IMG/VR virus record: IMGVR_UViG_3300025949_000022
Location: 1 to 64,000 of that record
Source: a virus
DNA: 64,000 bases
Strand: one strand, 5' to 3'
A program made the translations under genes and the position numbers. The notes beneath the pieces are model-generated. The model saw only the letters and a list, made by a program, of their open reading frames with translations, did not search any database and had not been told where the DNA came from. Below are positions 17,288-27,100 of this stretch, piece after piece. Each line of letters starts with the position of its first letter. Within the stretch, counting starts at the first letter, position 1.

Positions 17288-20068
17288 TTAATTAGTCTTG
17301 ACCCAGTTGGTCCCGTCTGATTGCAATAAATAAACAGACGTATTAACCAATGTGGTTAGTGAATTGCTTGCCGCATCCTTTACGGTAGCACCTGTAAAAC
17401 TCCATGTAAAACTTCCTGATGTATCCTGGTTCCAAATAGTAAGCTTTTGCCCACTGTAAGTTGATGCAGATGGTATTGATACGGTTCTATTAGCGGTAAC
17501 AACGGGTAGCTTAACCAATTGTCCTGCGGTAGTAACTGTATAATTTGCATCTGTCGCCGTATTTACTACATCGGCGGGGCTGCTTACCAAACTTCCATCC
17601 CCGGCTATAAGTTGATTAGCTGTACCTATGCCTGTTGAGGTAAGGTTCTTGCTTGCATCGGTGAATACTACTTTTGAGGCAGTTAGGTTACTTATATTTA
17701 CTACACCTGCGTCGGTTATGCTAAAACGAGATGTATAACCACCTGAATTAATCTGACTTTTTATAACAAGATTTGAGGTTATAGGAGAAGTCCCGTTTAC
17801 AGGTTCATTTTCCATTATCCAGTCGGCCTGTTGAGATGCAGCACCCGTCCATGCAAAGCCAGACCACCTGATTCTTGGCGAATACTGTACAGGAACACCG
17901 GATGTAGCCGCTTGGTTGTTATTTAACATTGGGCCGTCAGCCGATGTAGTAGCTATATTTGTACGCTGTACCGTTAAAGAACCATTAACCTGCAAGGTGG
18001 TTGATATCGTTGGAGATGTTGCCAATACATAAACCGTTCCTGATCCGGTTGTCGTTCCTGTATTTAAAGTACCGACACCGCCCGATGTATAAACCGGGCC
18101 GTTACTTGTTAAGTTGCTTAATGTGGCTATATTTTGGGACGTGCCTACATTTACAGATTGCGCCGGCCATGTTCCGCTTACTGTTGTTCCTGTTCCACTT
18201 GCTAAACTTGGGGTTGCTGTAGCAGTACCTCCATTAGCCAATGGTAATAGTCCTGTTACTTTTGCGGTTAAGTCGATTGTTGAATTGGTGATATCACCGT
18301 TTACAATAGCTGAATAAGACGGAACAGTTCCGCCGTGCAAAACTGTATTTGCACCACCTATTGCCAGTCTATTCAAGAAACCGCTTGAATTTCTGTAATA
18401 AGTATCGCCTGTAGCATCCGACCCCAAAGTCATGGTTACGCCGCCAAGCACGTTATTACTATTAGTAAACGTTTGATTCTGCCATGAGTTAGCATGTGTC
18501 AAAGCTATTGAAGCAACCACAGCACCCGTTGTTGGTGATATGGTTAATGTTCCATCTGAATTGCTTACAGACGATACCCCTGTAGCGGGTGTTCCAGTCA
18601 ATTGGCTATATGGCAAGGATAATGCCGATAGTGTGGTTAAAGTTGAATTTGTAGTAGCTACCAATATTGAAGCGTTCCCGACACTTGTAACGTCCCCTGT
18701 AAGGTTAGCGTTGGTCGTAACATGTCCCGCTGTAAAGCCACTACCCGCCCCTGTAATATTCGTCCCCACCAAAGCGGAAGGCGTACCCAAATTAGGCGTT
18801 GTGAAAACCGGATTAGTTGTATAAGCCACTACCCCAGTACCACTTTCATCACTTAATACTCCCGCTAATTGCGCTGATGTTGTTGAGGCGAATTGTGATA
18901 GTGGATTAGTCGTTAACGCAAGTGTAGTTGGGAACGTATTTGTCCCGCTTGTTAAATCCTTATTAGTTACAACATTAGTGCTGCTTGGCGTGAGATATGT
19001 GCCACTGGCTTGTTTCCCATTTAACTGTGTCTGAATAGAGCTTGTTGCATCATTAAAAGCCATTGTAGCTGCTGATACACCATTAGTTGATGTTGGGGTT
19101 ATTGCGCCCAATACAACGGTAGGGACAGGCGTTGTGGTTCTGTTTGCCCATGTTATAGCTATGCCATTTGCTGTATTGTCGGTTAATGAAGTTACTGTAC
19201 CACCCGCCGCAAGTGAATAAGTACCGAAATTACCGCTTCCATCCACACCTATAGCAAGCGTTGGGGTAATTGAGGTTAGGCCGCTTATAGTATATCCTGT
19301 CGTGCCTATGTTAAATATCCGGTTTGTTCCGCCTAAACTTGATAACGAAGCATTTCCACTTCCATCGAGGGTTAGCTGTCCATTTGCCGTGTTTGAGGCC
19401 ACTAAATTAATCACGTTTGACGCACCCAATAATTGCATATACGTGCCTGAAAACGCAGATGTCCCCGCATAGAATTGATTGGCACCGGTAATTATTTTTG
19501 CATCACTGGCTAACGTTCCGCCCAAGTCAACGGCAGTTCCATTTGCGGTTGTCCCACTGCCGTCTGTTAAAGCAAAAGTATTTGCGGCAACATAATTAGC
19601 TACGGCTTGGGTAGTTGGGTATAAAGTATTATTTAGCGTCCCGAATGAAGTCGCCTTATTCGCTATATTTTCAGGGGTGAATCCAAGAGCTGGCTGAACA
19701 GCAATATTACCGCTGCCTAAAAGTGACGTTGAATTGATTGTCTTTATATTCGTTCCACTTACTAATAATGCCTGCGCTCCAATAGAATTATACGACAATG
19801 TTCTCGCTACTGCGCCATTAAAAATAAAAGAACTTGCATCCCCTGCGCCACTTGAATTTACTGTGAGGGGGTATGTGGTTGTTCCACCGCCCCCTCCGCC
19901 ACCGTGCGGATTAAACGCTAATAGTCCCGGCGTGCCTCGATTAAACGCCCATATAGTATCCAATGGGGCAATGACTTTATATTGTAGGGCATTACCTCCG
20001 GCACTCTGCCATGACTGCGCCTGTGCTAATATGGGGAATAATAGAAGGAGAAATAGGTATCGTTTCAT
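17288..20068 (-). CDS. Ser/Thr/Gly-rich tail-fibre-like protein with Sec signal peptide
   Basis: MKRYLFLLLLFPILAQA-Q; fibre motifs LVSGTNIKTIN..LLGSGNI, LGFTPEN, TTSAQLAGVLSDESGTG; C-terminal SDGTNW. Confidence 0.8.
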   Translation of the reverse strand: MKRYLFLLLLFPILAQAQSWQSAGGNALQYKVIAPLDTIWAFNRGTPGLLAFNPHGGGGGGGTTTYPLTVNSSGAGDASSFIFNGAVARTLSYNSIGAQALLVSGTNIKTINSTSLLGSGNIAVQPALGFTPENIANKATSFGTLNNTLYPTTQAVANYVAANTFALTDGSGTTANGTAVDLGGTLASDAKIITGANQFYAGTSAFSGTYMQLLGASNVINLVASNTANGQLTLDGSGNASLSSLGGTNRIFNIGTTGYTISGLTSITPTLAIGVDGSGNFGTYSLAAGGTVTSLTDNTANGIAITWANRTTTPVPTVVLGAITPTSTNGVSAATMAFNDATSSIQTQLNGKQASGTYLTPSSTNVVTNKDLTSGTNTFPTTLALTTNPLSQFASTTSAQLAGVLSDESGTGVVAYTTNPVFTTPNLGTPSALVGTNITGAGSGFTAGHVTTNANLTGDVTSVGNASILVATTNSTLTTLSALSLPYSQLTGTPATGVSSVSNSDGTLTISPTTGAVVASIALTHANSWQNQTFTNSNNVLGGVTMTLGSDATGDTYYRNSSGFLNRLAIGGANTVLHGGTVPSYSAIVNGDITNSTIDLTAKVTGLLPLANGGTATATPSLASGTGTTVSGTWPAQSVNVGTSQNIATLSNLTSNGPVYTSGGVGTLNTGTTTGSGTVYVLATSPTISTTLQVNGSLTVQRTNIATTSADGPMLNNNQAATSGVPVQYSPRIRWSGFAWTGAASQQADWIMENEPVNGTSPITSNLVIKSQINSGGYTSRFSITDAGVVNISNLTASKVVFTDASKNLTSTGIGTANQLIAGDGSLVSSPADVVNTATDANYTVTTAGQLVKLPVVTANRTVSIPSASTYSGQKLTIWNQDTSGSFTWSFTGATVKDAASNSLTTLVNTSVYLLQSDGTNWVKTN

Positions 20069-20098
20069 TTTGTTTGTATTTTTTCTAATTTTATCCTC

Positions 20099-20263
20099 AT
20101 GAGAAGATATGTTATTATTGTATTGGCCCTTTTTATAATCGCTACCGCCGTTTTAATTATCATAGGGATCAATAACCCTCGTAACTTTCAAAATGGCGGC
20201 GCGTACCATGAAAATGAACGCATACGCAAAATGCGATCAGAATGCCCCCAATGTGGTGTCTAA
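20099..20263 (+). CDS. Small membrane protein (54 aa) inserted antisense in the tail module
   Basis: MRRYVIIVLALFIIATAVLIIIGINNPR...CPQCGV; fills the gap between two fibre genes. Confidence 0.5.
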   Translation: MRRYVIIVLALFIIATAVLIIIGINNPRNFQNGGAYHENERIRKMRSECPQCGV

Positions 20264-21661
20264 ATAGCCTGAAATGTAATCATGCCCGTTATTCATTGGG
20301 TGTATGCCGCTCAATAAAGCGTTCCCACCGTTAGCCAACATTAATGGCTTCATATTAAAACACCTTGCAATCCCGTACGAAGTAGCTAAAGTTTGAACCG
20401 CGTTTATATAGGTATCTTGCAAAGCATCGCACCCCGCTCCAAACGAAGCATCCAAATTTGCCCAATACCCACTTATTAAAACAATGTCATTTACCGAATA
20501 GCCAGCGGCTAATATTGTATTTAAAACACTTGTATAAGCGGCTGTGAATATGCTTATATTCATTGTTGGTAGAGTACCTTGAAAGTCATGTATAGTATCA
20601 TTGGTGCTATATGCGACAAAAACACGCCTATGATTTGAATCTTTATTAACCAAGTTTAGAATGTCAATATTTTGACAATCTACAATCGTGTGTCCTGATA
20701 CCCCCCAATTTATGCAACTGGCATTTTTGTAATAAGACAATGCGGTAGCCCAACAATGCCATGCGGGGCTTGCTAAAAGGCCAACTGTTATACTGTCGCC
20801 TAAAAACTGGAATCCATTATAAATTGAAACTGGGTTTCTGCCAACGCCAAAAGTCCAACGGTCAACAATAGCGTTTGCGGCAACATTGTCCGAATCTGAA
20901 AGCCCATCAGCCATAAAAAACATACCGCATGGACGGTTTGTAGGTGCTTGTGGTGTTCCAAAACTGTTCCATGCACCTACCCAAATATCATTTGTGCTTC
21001 CGGCGTCGCTACCTACCGTTGTCGTGGTTGCCAATTTATTGCCTTGTGCAAATATTGTAGCAAGATTATTAGCTAAAATATTTTGAGTATTTAACCCTAT
21101 AACCTGCGTTGGCGAAAAGGAAAACGATTGCCCGAAATCAGCAAAATAATAGAAACTACCTATTGATGCCGCAAATACATTAAAGGAGGTTACGGATTGC
21201 GTACCATACTGCGCGCCGCCAGATGAATAAAAATAATACCCAGCCGTATAGCTATATGAACCAAACTCCGATAATAATATACCGCTTGTGAGGTATCCAC
21301 TCCCGTCGAATATTATCCCCGATCTGTCCATTACAAAAGTATTGCCTATAGAGGCAACTAAATCTTTTGTTCCGGGCGCCATCATATTCACGAATCCTTC
21401 GGCAAGTGTAGTACCGAAAAACGGGTACAGATAATGTGTTTTAGCCCATAGTCCAGCAGCTTTCCAATCGACTACAAATTGATTTGTTTCATCAATTATC
21501 CTGTAAGCGTCGATAGGATGAAATGTTCCGGGTGTTCCTCCGTATTGGTCGCCTGTATAAACGTTCCCTAATACAACGCCAGCAGCAGCAAGATAAGCTG
21601 CTGCATCCGGGTCTATCGGAGAAGCCGCAGAATAAAAATATGGCAATATCCTCCGTAGCAT
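20237..21661 (-). CDS. Tailspike-like protein with C-terminal SGNH/GDSL esterase
   Basis: FLGDSIT, GVSG, STND, GIHPMNNGH blocks. Confidence 0.8.
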   Translation of the reverse strand: MLRRILPYFYSAASPIDPDAAAYLAAAGVVLGNVYTGDQYGGTPGTFHPIDAYRIIDETNQFVVDWKAAGLWAKTHYLYPFFGTTLAEGFVNMMAPGTKDLVASIGNTFVMDRSGIIFDGSGYLTSGILLSEFGSYSYTAGYYFYSSGGAQYGTQSVTSFNVFAASIGSFYYFADFGQSFSFSPTQVIGLNTQNILANNLATIFAQGNKLATTTTVGSDAGSTNDIWVGAWNSFGTPQAPTNRPCGMFFMADGLSDSDNVAANAIVDRWTFGVGRNPVSIYNGFQFLGDSITVGLLASPAWHCWATALSYYKNASCINWGVSGHTIVDCQNIDILNLVNKDSNHRRVFVAYSTNDTIHDFQGTLPTMNISIFTAAYTSVLNTILAAGYSVNDIVLISGYWANLDASFGAGCDALQDTYINAVQTLATSYGIARCFNMKPLMLANGGNALLSGIHPMNNGHDYISGYLDTTLGAF

Positions 21662-21662
21662 A

Positions 21663-22250
21663 CTATTGACTTATAGAGTATCTAATTAAAGTATCATCCA
21701 AGTATTGGCAATCTATAAAGTTGGTATCTCCGGTAACGTAGCTTCCCGATCCGCTTAATTGGTGAAATTCAGTTCCAAATGTTGGTGGAGAGCCATTATT
21801 ATGAATCACTAATACAGAAACGCCCAATAATGCTCCTGTTAAATCGGCTGTAATGTTCCCAGTTTCCGGCGTCGCAACAGAACCATAAACAGTGTCTGCG
21901 CTAAACGCAAGTACTGTGCCTGTATCTTCGGGTGTTTGTTCTGGAACGAAATTTCCGCTTATGCCTTTCAACACCAAGTCCCCATCCAATATCCCGTCCT
22001 TAAACCACCATTCAGCGTTTGTTCCGCCTGTGATAACGCCGTTTACAAGCGTGCCACCTGTATTTATGATGATAGAGAATTGCCCTGTACGATTATTGCC
22101 GATTAAATAAGCTAATACCTCGGCGGTATCTACATAAGCCCTAAACACAAAGTAAGTCGTGTCATAGTAGTAAGTACGTGCGTCAACTGGCGTGCCTGTT
22201 AACCCTATAGGCTTATTTGTGGCTGTGAATAGTGCGGGATTAAAGCTCAT
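21663..22250 (-). CDS. Tail/fibre-associated structural protein
   Basis: PVDAR...EWWFKDGILDGDLVLK; position in tail module. Confidence 0.55.
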   Translation of the reverse strand: MSFNPALFTATNKPIGLTGTPVDARTYYYDTTYFVFRAYVDTAEVLAYLIGNNRTGQFSIIINTGGTLVNGVITGGTNAEWWFKDGILDGDLVLKGISGNFVPEQTPEDTGTVLAFSADTVYGSVATPETGNITADLTGALLGVSVLVIHNNGSPPTFGTEFHQLSGSGSYVTGDTNFIDCQYLDDTLIRYSISQ

Positions 22251-23164
22251 TATGATGTTAATGTTAAATTATTTTGTCCAGATTGAAGTACCATTGGAAT
22301 ACGGGTAACATAGTACCGTTCCCCCCCAATAACTACCGGGCCTTGCATAACGCTATCAGGAATAAATCCGTAATTTAAAATAGTATTTAGCCAGCTAATC
22401 TTTACCGGATTAGTTGCATCTTCCGCAACAGCTAAATAATTACCTGTTGCGGATGAACCAAATGGCAATGTATATGATACCGCGTTAGGAGTTATAGTGC
22501 CGCTGAATAAGAAAATAGCCGTATCAATAGTAGCATAAGGGTCTGTTGCAAACCATCCCCATTTTATCGGTTGTGTAGGCGGTGGTGGCGTAGGTGTTGA
22601 TCCGGTTGCGCCTAAAACTGTTACTACTATTACTTGTGTTGGGTCGTTATTCGGGAAGCCATAAATACGCGATGGCGGTGCAGGCGGTGAAGTTGTGTCT
22701 AAAGTACTTCCCACGAGTTCAACGCCATTAATCGTTATGAATATTGGTATTACACTTGTTGCAAAAGGATTGCCATTATCATCTAAGAAAGGCAGATACC
22801 AATTACCACCCCCGGCATCCAGTAATTGATTGCCGGAACGTACAATATCAATAGGCGCAAATGGCGTTGTTATGCCTATTGTAAACGCAGGGTTTTGGAA
22901 GTTAGGATCAATAGTATTTACAGTAGTATCAACACCGATTGCGGTCACTAATTTATCGTAAACAATAAGAAAATTTGTTGAAGTGTAATCCTGTAAATTA
23001 TACTGCCTAAGCACCGCAATACATAGCCGTGTTATTCTTCTTATAAACCCCCATTTTGCAGATAACGCACCACCAGCTAATGTTATTCTATTGGCCTCTG
23101 TTTTGTTGGCTGCAATAAGTTGCGCTGATAATATAGTTTGCTGAATTTCTGATTGAGTTGGCAT
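22250..23164 (-). CDS. Putative tail structural protein
   Basis: Position and beta-rich composition. Confidence 0.5.
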   Translation of the reverse strand: MPTQSEIQQTILSAQLIAANKTEANRITLAGGALSAKWGFIRRITRLCIAVLRQYNLQDYTSTNFLIVYDKLVTAIGVDTTVNTIDPNFQNPAFTIGITTPFAPIDIVRSGNQLLDAGGGNWYLPFLDDNGNPFATSVIPIFITINGVELVGSTLDTTSPPAPPSRIYGFPNNDPTQVIVVTVLGATGSTPTPPPPTQPIKWGWFATDPYATIDTAIFLFSGTITPNAVSYTLPFGSSATGNYLAVAEDATNPVKISWLNTILNYGFIPDSVMQGPVVIGGERYYVTRIPMVLQSGQNNLTLTS

Positions 23165-23165
23165 A

Positions 23166-23621
23166 TCATGTTTGAAGGTTTACGTAAATATTTGCGGCTA
23201 AAATTTCGTTGTTTGCCGCAATGCCTAACCCTGCTACGCCAAACCGTTGCGCAGCGGCTAAAAACTTTTCTGCTATGTCGAGATTATTAAAATCAGATTC
23301 GCAACAAGCATCGGATTGTACAAGCCGGTTTAGATAAGCAACGGTGTAAAAACCTTGCGCTAAATAGTTAACAGTTGTCACCCACGGACTGCCCGAAACA
23401 TCATCTGCAACAGTGCAAATAAATCTTAAATATTGGTCGGCTGTTATAGTGTAAGGCGCCGTTAAAGACGAACCCATATCAATGGTGGAAAGCAGCGTCC
23501 CATTAGGGTCAAAAATGGTTAATATCCTTGATGATACTGTTCCATATGTGCCTGTATCAGTATAGGTTAATTGGTTACCTGCAATGTTGTTTGTAACATT
23601 TCCTGACGGGTTAGATGCCAT
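23166..23621 (-). CDS. Putative tail structural protein
   Basis: First gene after a TATATTTG box; beta-rich. Confidence 0.5.
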   Translation of the reverse strand: MASNPSGNVTNNIAGNQLTYTDTGTYGTVSSRILTIFDPNGTLLSTIDMGSSLTAPYTITADQYLRFICTVADDVSGSPWVTTVNYLAQGFYTVAYLNRLVQSDACCESDFNNLDIAEKFLAAAQRFGVAGLGIAANNEILAANIYVNLQT

Positions 23622-23824
23622 TGTCTTTTTAATCTATAAATGCTTATCAAATATAATTAAAATACAAGGGCATGAATTACCATTTTGGTGTGAATAGATA
23701 CGTGTTAATAGTGGCAATTCGGGGTGTTGTAGTAGATGATTTTCCCCAACATTAAGAGTGCCTAACTATAAATATTCTTTGGTTTCATATTTGTTTATAT
23801 ATTTGAGAACCAATTTTTGAAAAC

Positions 23825-24175
23825 ATGAAAAAACTAACCTTTGTGGCATTAATATGCCTGCTTTCTGCATGTAAGAAAGAACAAACCTCCCAAACGCTTA
23901 CTGTATCCGTCTCCAATCTTCCCAACGGAACTACGTATAATATCAATATTACGGACAAGAAAAAAGGAACGGCGGTATTGCAGGTAACAAATGGAAGCGG
24001 GCCATACAATCAAACAGCGGGCGTTACAAGCGGACAGCAAATCTCAATCGACTATAGATTTACTTATGTAGCAAATCCAGTCAATTCAGGGGTTTTAAAT
24101 ATATCTGTCCCTTCAAAAGTTCTTTTTCAGACAGGACAGGCAGGTAACGGAATAGTTGATGTAACCGTTCCTTGA
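23825..24175 (+). CDS. Lipoprotein (candidate surface-exposed moron)
   Basis: MKKLTFVALICLLSA-CKKEQ lipobox with charged residues after Cys. Confidence 0.8.
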   Translation: MKKLTFVALICLLSACKKEQTSQTLTVSVSNLPNGTTYNINITDKKKGTAVLQVTNGSGPYNQTAGVTSGQQISIDYRFTYVANPVNSGVLNISVPSKVLFQTGQAGNGIVDVTVP

Positions 24176-27100
24176 TTATAATGCCCTTTGTTCTGTTTTT
24201 GGTTTTGCCTTTTTATTTGTGAAAGAACTTACACCAATTCCAAATTGTGAGGGTATAAGTACCTTTAATGAATTAGTTATACCGCCTACTTTATAAGCAT
24301 CGTAAAGGTCGGTAGCTGGTAATGGTATAAACTCCTGCGGAACATTTGGCCATAGATGATATGGTTGCCCTACCATGTCTTTACCAGCCATTAAATTTGC
24401 AGAACTCCCCACTATAGGGTTTAATTTCCCACGTAAAAAGCTAATTGCCGCGTCAAACCGTGTAGGCTTGCCGAATTTCCCGCTTGTCAGGCTATTTGGC
24501 TTCGTAGCCCCGGCAGGTACTTTTTGCCCTGTTATCTGCTGGGATAAAAACACAACATATTGCGTTAACCCGCCTAAAATATCGTATCGTGTATCGCCGT
24601 CCTTTATCTTTAAAAAATCAGAGCCTCGCGGGTCGGTAGAAACGCTTAATCCTGCCGCTTTTGCCATGCCAAGTATTACCGCTGCTGTAGCTAATGTCTT
24701 ACCGATATCTTTTGCCGCCAAAACTTTAGCTGATCGCGATAATCGCGGGTCACCCCAAAGATATAATGTTTGAATACGTGCCGCCATAAAACGCGGTGAA
24801 AATAATAAGTTGCTTAATATAGCGGGTTGTTTGCCACCAAGCCAGTCAGGTATGCTACCCCGGCCGGAAAGAACATTAACTACAGTTGCTAAATCCCTAA
24901 ACGCATCAGGGTTGTTTTTAAAGGTATAGCCGCGTTCTTGTAATTTAATGGCTTCTGATACGAATACCCCTGTTCTAATGGCGTTAAGGTACCCTGTATA
25001 CGCTCGTTCGGCCCCCTGATGTACTTTTCCTAATACAGGTATCTTTTCGAGCAGGTTAGAGGTGAATTGTTCTTCCCTTGCTAATAATTCAGGGTTGTTC
25101 TTTTCTGAAATATACAGCCCGCTTTGCTTCATTAAATCATATTGTGGCGATGTTTTTATATCTGAAAACCAATCCCGATATTTCTTTTCAGAAAACGTCT
25201 GCCCAAACATAGTTTTTAGGGCTTTTATAGCTTCCATAGGGTGTGCTACCGTTGGAATTAAACCCTGTCTTAGCACCGCCGAAAAGTCCAATGTGGCTTT
25301 AATAGCGCGTGGCAAAGAGGCTACATTTAATAGCACATCCTTTGTTTTCTCAATCTTACTGCGCTTGTCAAGTTCGCGCCTTGCTACATCTAGTTCGTAT
25401 TCGTATCTTAATTCATCCCGTTTTCTGCGAAGATCCCGCACTTCCTGGCTTTCTTCGGGCGGTAAGGTTTTTTCTGGCTTGTCAAACTCCTTCCGGTCTA
25501 TCTTGCCCTGAAACTCCTCGATGCTTTTTTGAAGTTGCGTTTTAGTCGCCCGTTCATTCTGCTCTTCATAGTATCCGTTTTCCTTGTCCAGTTCTTTCAG
25601 GCGTTTTCTTAACCCGTCTATTTTCTCATTCGCCGCTATTTTCTTAGCTTCGGGTAACTTCCTAAGCCCGTTTTCAGCATCTTCAATTTGGCTCAATAAT
25701 TTAGCCTCATTTTTTAGGATGCGTATTTTGTCCTGTAGCTCGCTTTTGGTAGCAGGAGCATTGTATTTACCACTGATAAGGTCGTGCATATCCTTATCGC
25801 TGATATCGTTTAACTCCAGTTCGTCTTTAATCCTGCGCACCACTTCGCCTAATTCAGTAATACCCTCTCGTGCTAAAGAGGTCACCATTTTTGCAACATA
25901 AGGCGCCGCTGCGCTAAGAAACTGCGCCGAAGCAGAAACCACGTCATTTAGTTGCCCGTTGGTACGCATAGCTTTCAGTTTATTGCTAAAATCTTCTGCT
26001 ATCTTTTTTCGCTCCTCTACAAATTCAGCGTGGGTTTTAGCCTTTGTCCGGGGCATTCTCTTTATCGCTTTTTCAGCTTTTAAACGCGCTATTTCAGCCT
26101 GTGATTCTTTTAACTTTTGCTCGTAGTCTTTATTGGCTTGTTCAAGCGACTGATATTTTTTAGTAACATCCGCCAATTCCTCTGGTGTTAGCTTATCGCC
26201 CTTTATATCGCGTTCCCTAACAATCATATTCTCTAAAGAATAGTTGTTATTCAGTTTGAATTTACCGCTGTTTAAGGCGCGTCCGGCGTCGCTTCTTGTT
26301 TGGTCGTTAGCATCTGCAACATCCTGAAAATCATTCAATGCGGCATCGCGTTTGGCGGTCAATTCGTCAAGTGTTTTGTCGCTTAATGTTGCACCTTCGT
26401 CCTGTAGCCGTTTATTTATTTCGATAATCTCGTCCGTCTTAGCCCCTACATACTTAGCTAAAATAGCGTTTTCAGTATCAGTTGCTACATGCTTTTCGGT
26501 CTTTATTTTATGTACCAAATCGTGGATATCGTAACCGTCTTTAAGTTTGGCATCTGCTTCGGCTTCAACAATTTCTCTGGTGCGTACACCGCCCTTATTG
26601 TCGCCTAAAGTGATATCAACCTTGTCGGCTTGCTCTCTTAAAGATTCTTTTTTCGATGAAACTGTCGGTTCTACTCCGGTTGGGTCGGATGGTTCTCTTT
26701 GTGGAGTTTTATTGCCCGTATCTTGTGGTTCGCCTGTTGAGGTGTCATTTTCGGGTTCTGATACAAGTCCTGTAGGTACTTCAGGTGTTCCGGCTTGATC
26801 TGATCGTCCGGATTGTTGGTATTCTTCGTATCTTTTTGCATCTTCTGGTGTGATTCCTAATTCTGTTGCAGCCTGATTATGTTCTTCTATTTGACGCGGG
26901 CTAAGTTCGCCAATTTTATTTGATTTTGCATCATTAATATGATTTTGTATATCTTCGCTCGTAAGCCCCTGTCGCCTAATAGACGAACCGCCTAATCCTT
27001 CAATTATTGGATAGTCGTCATTCTTATCCATTTCCATGACTTTATCAAGCAATCGTTTCGCTGGTGCGGTTTCATAATTGCCTTTAGAAATATCAGAAAC

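Noticed and set aside
16197-23621. Diversity-generating retroelement or invertase shufflon for fibres
   Set aside because: No reverse transcriptase, no template/variable repeat pair and no adjacent invertase seen
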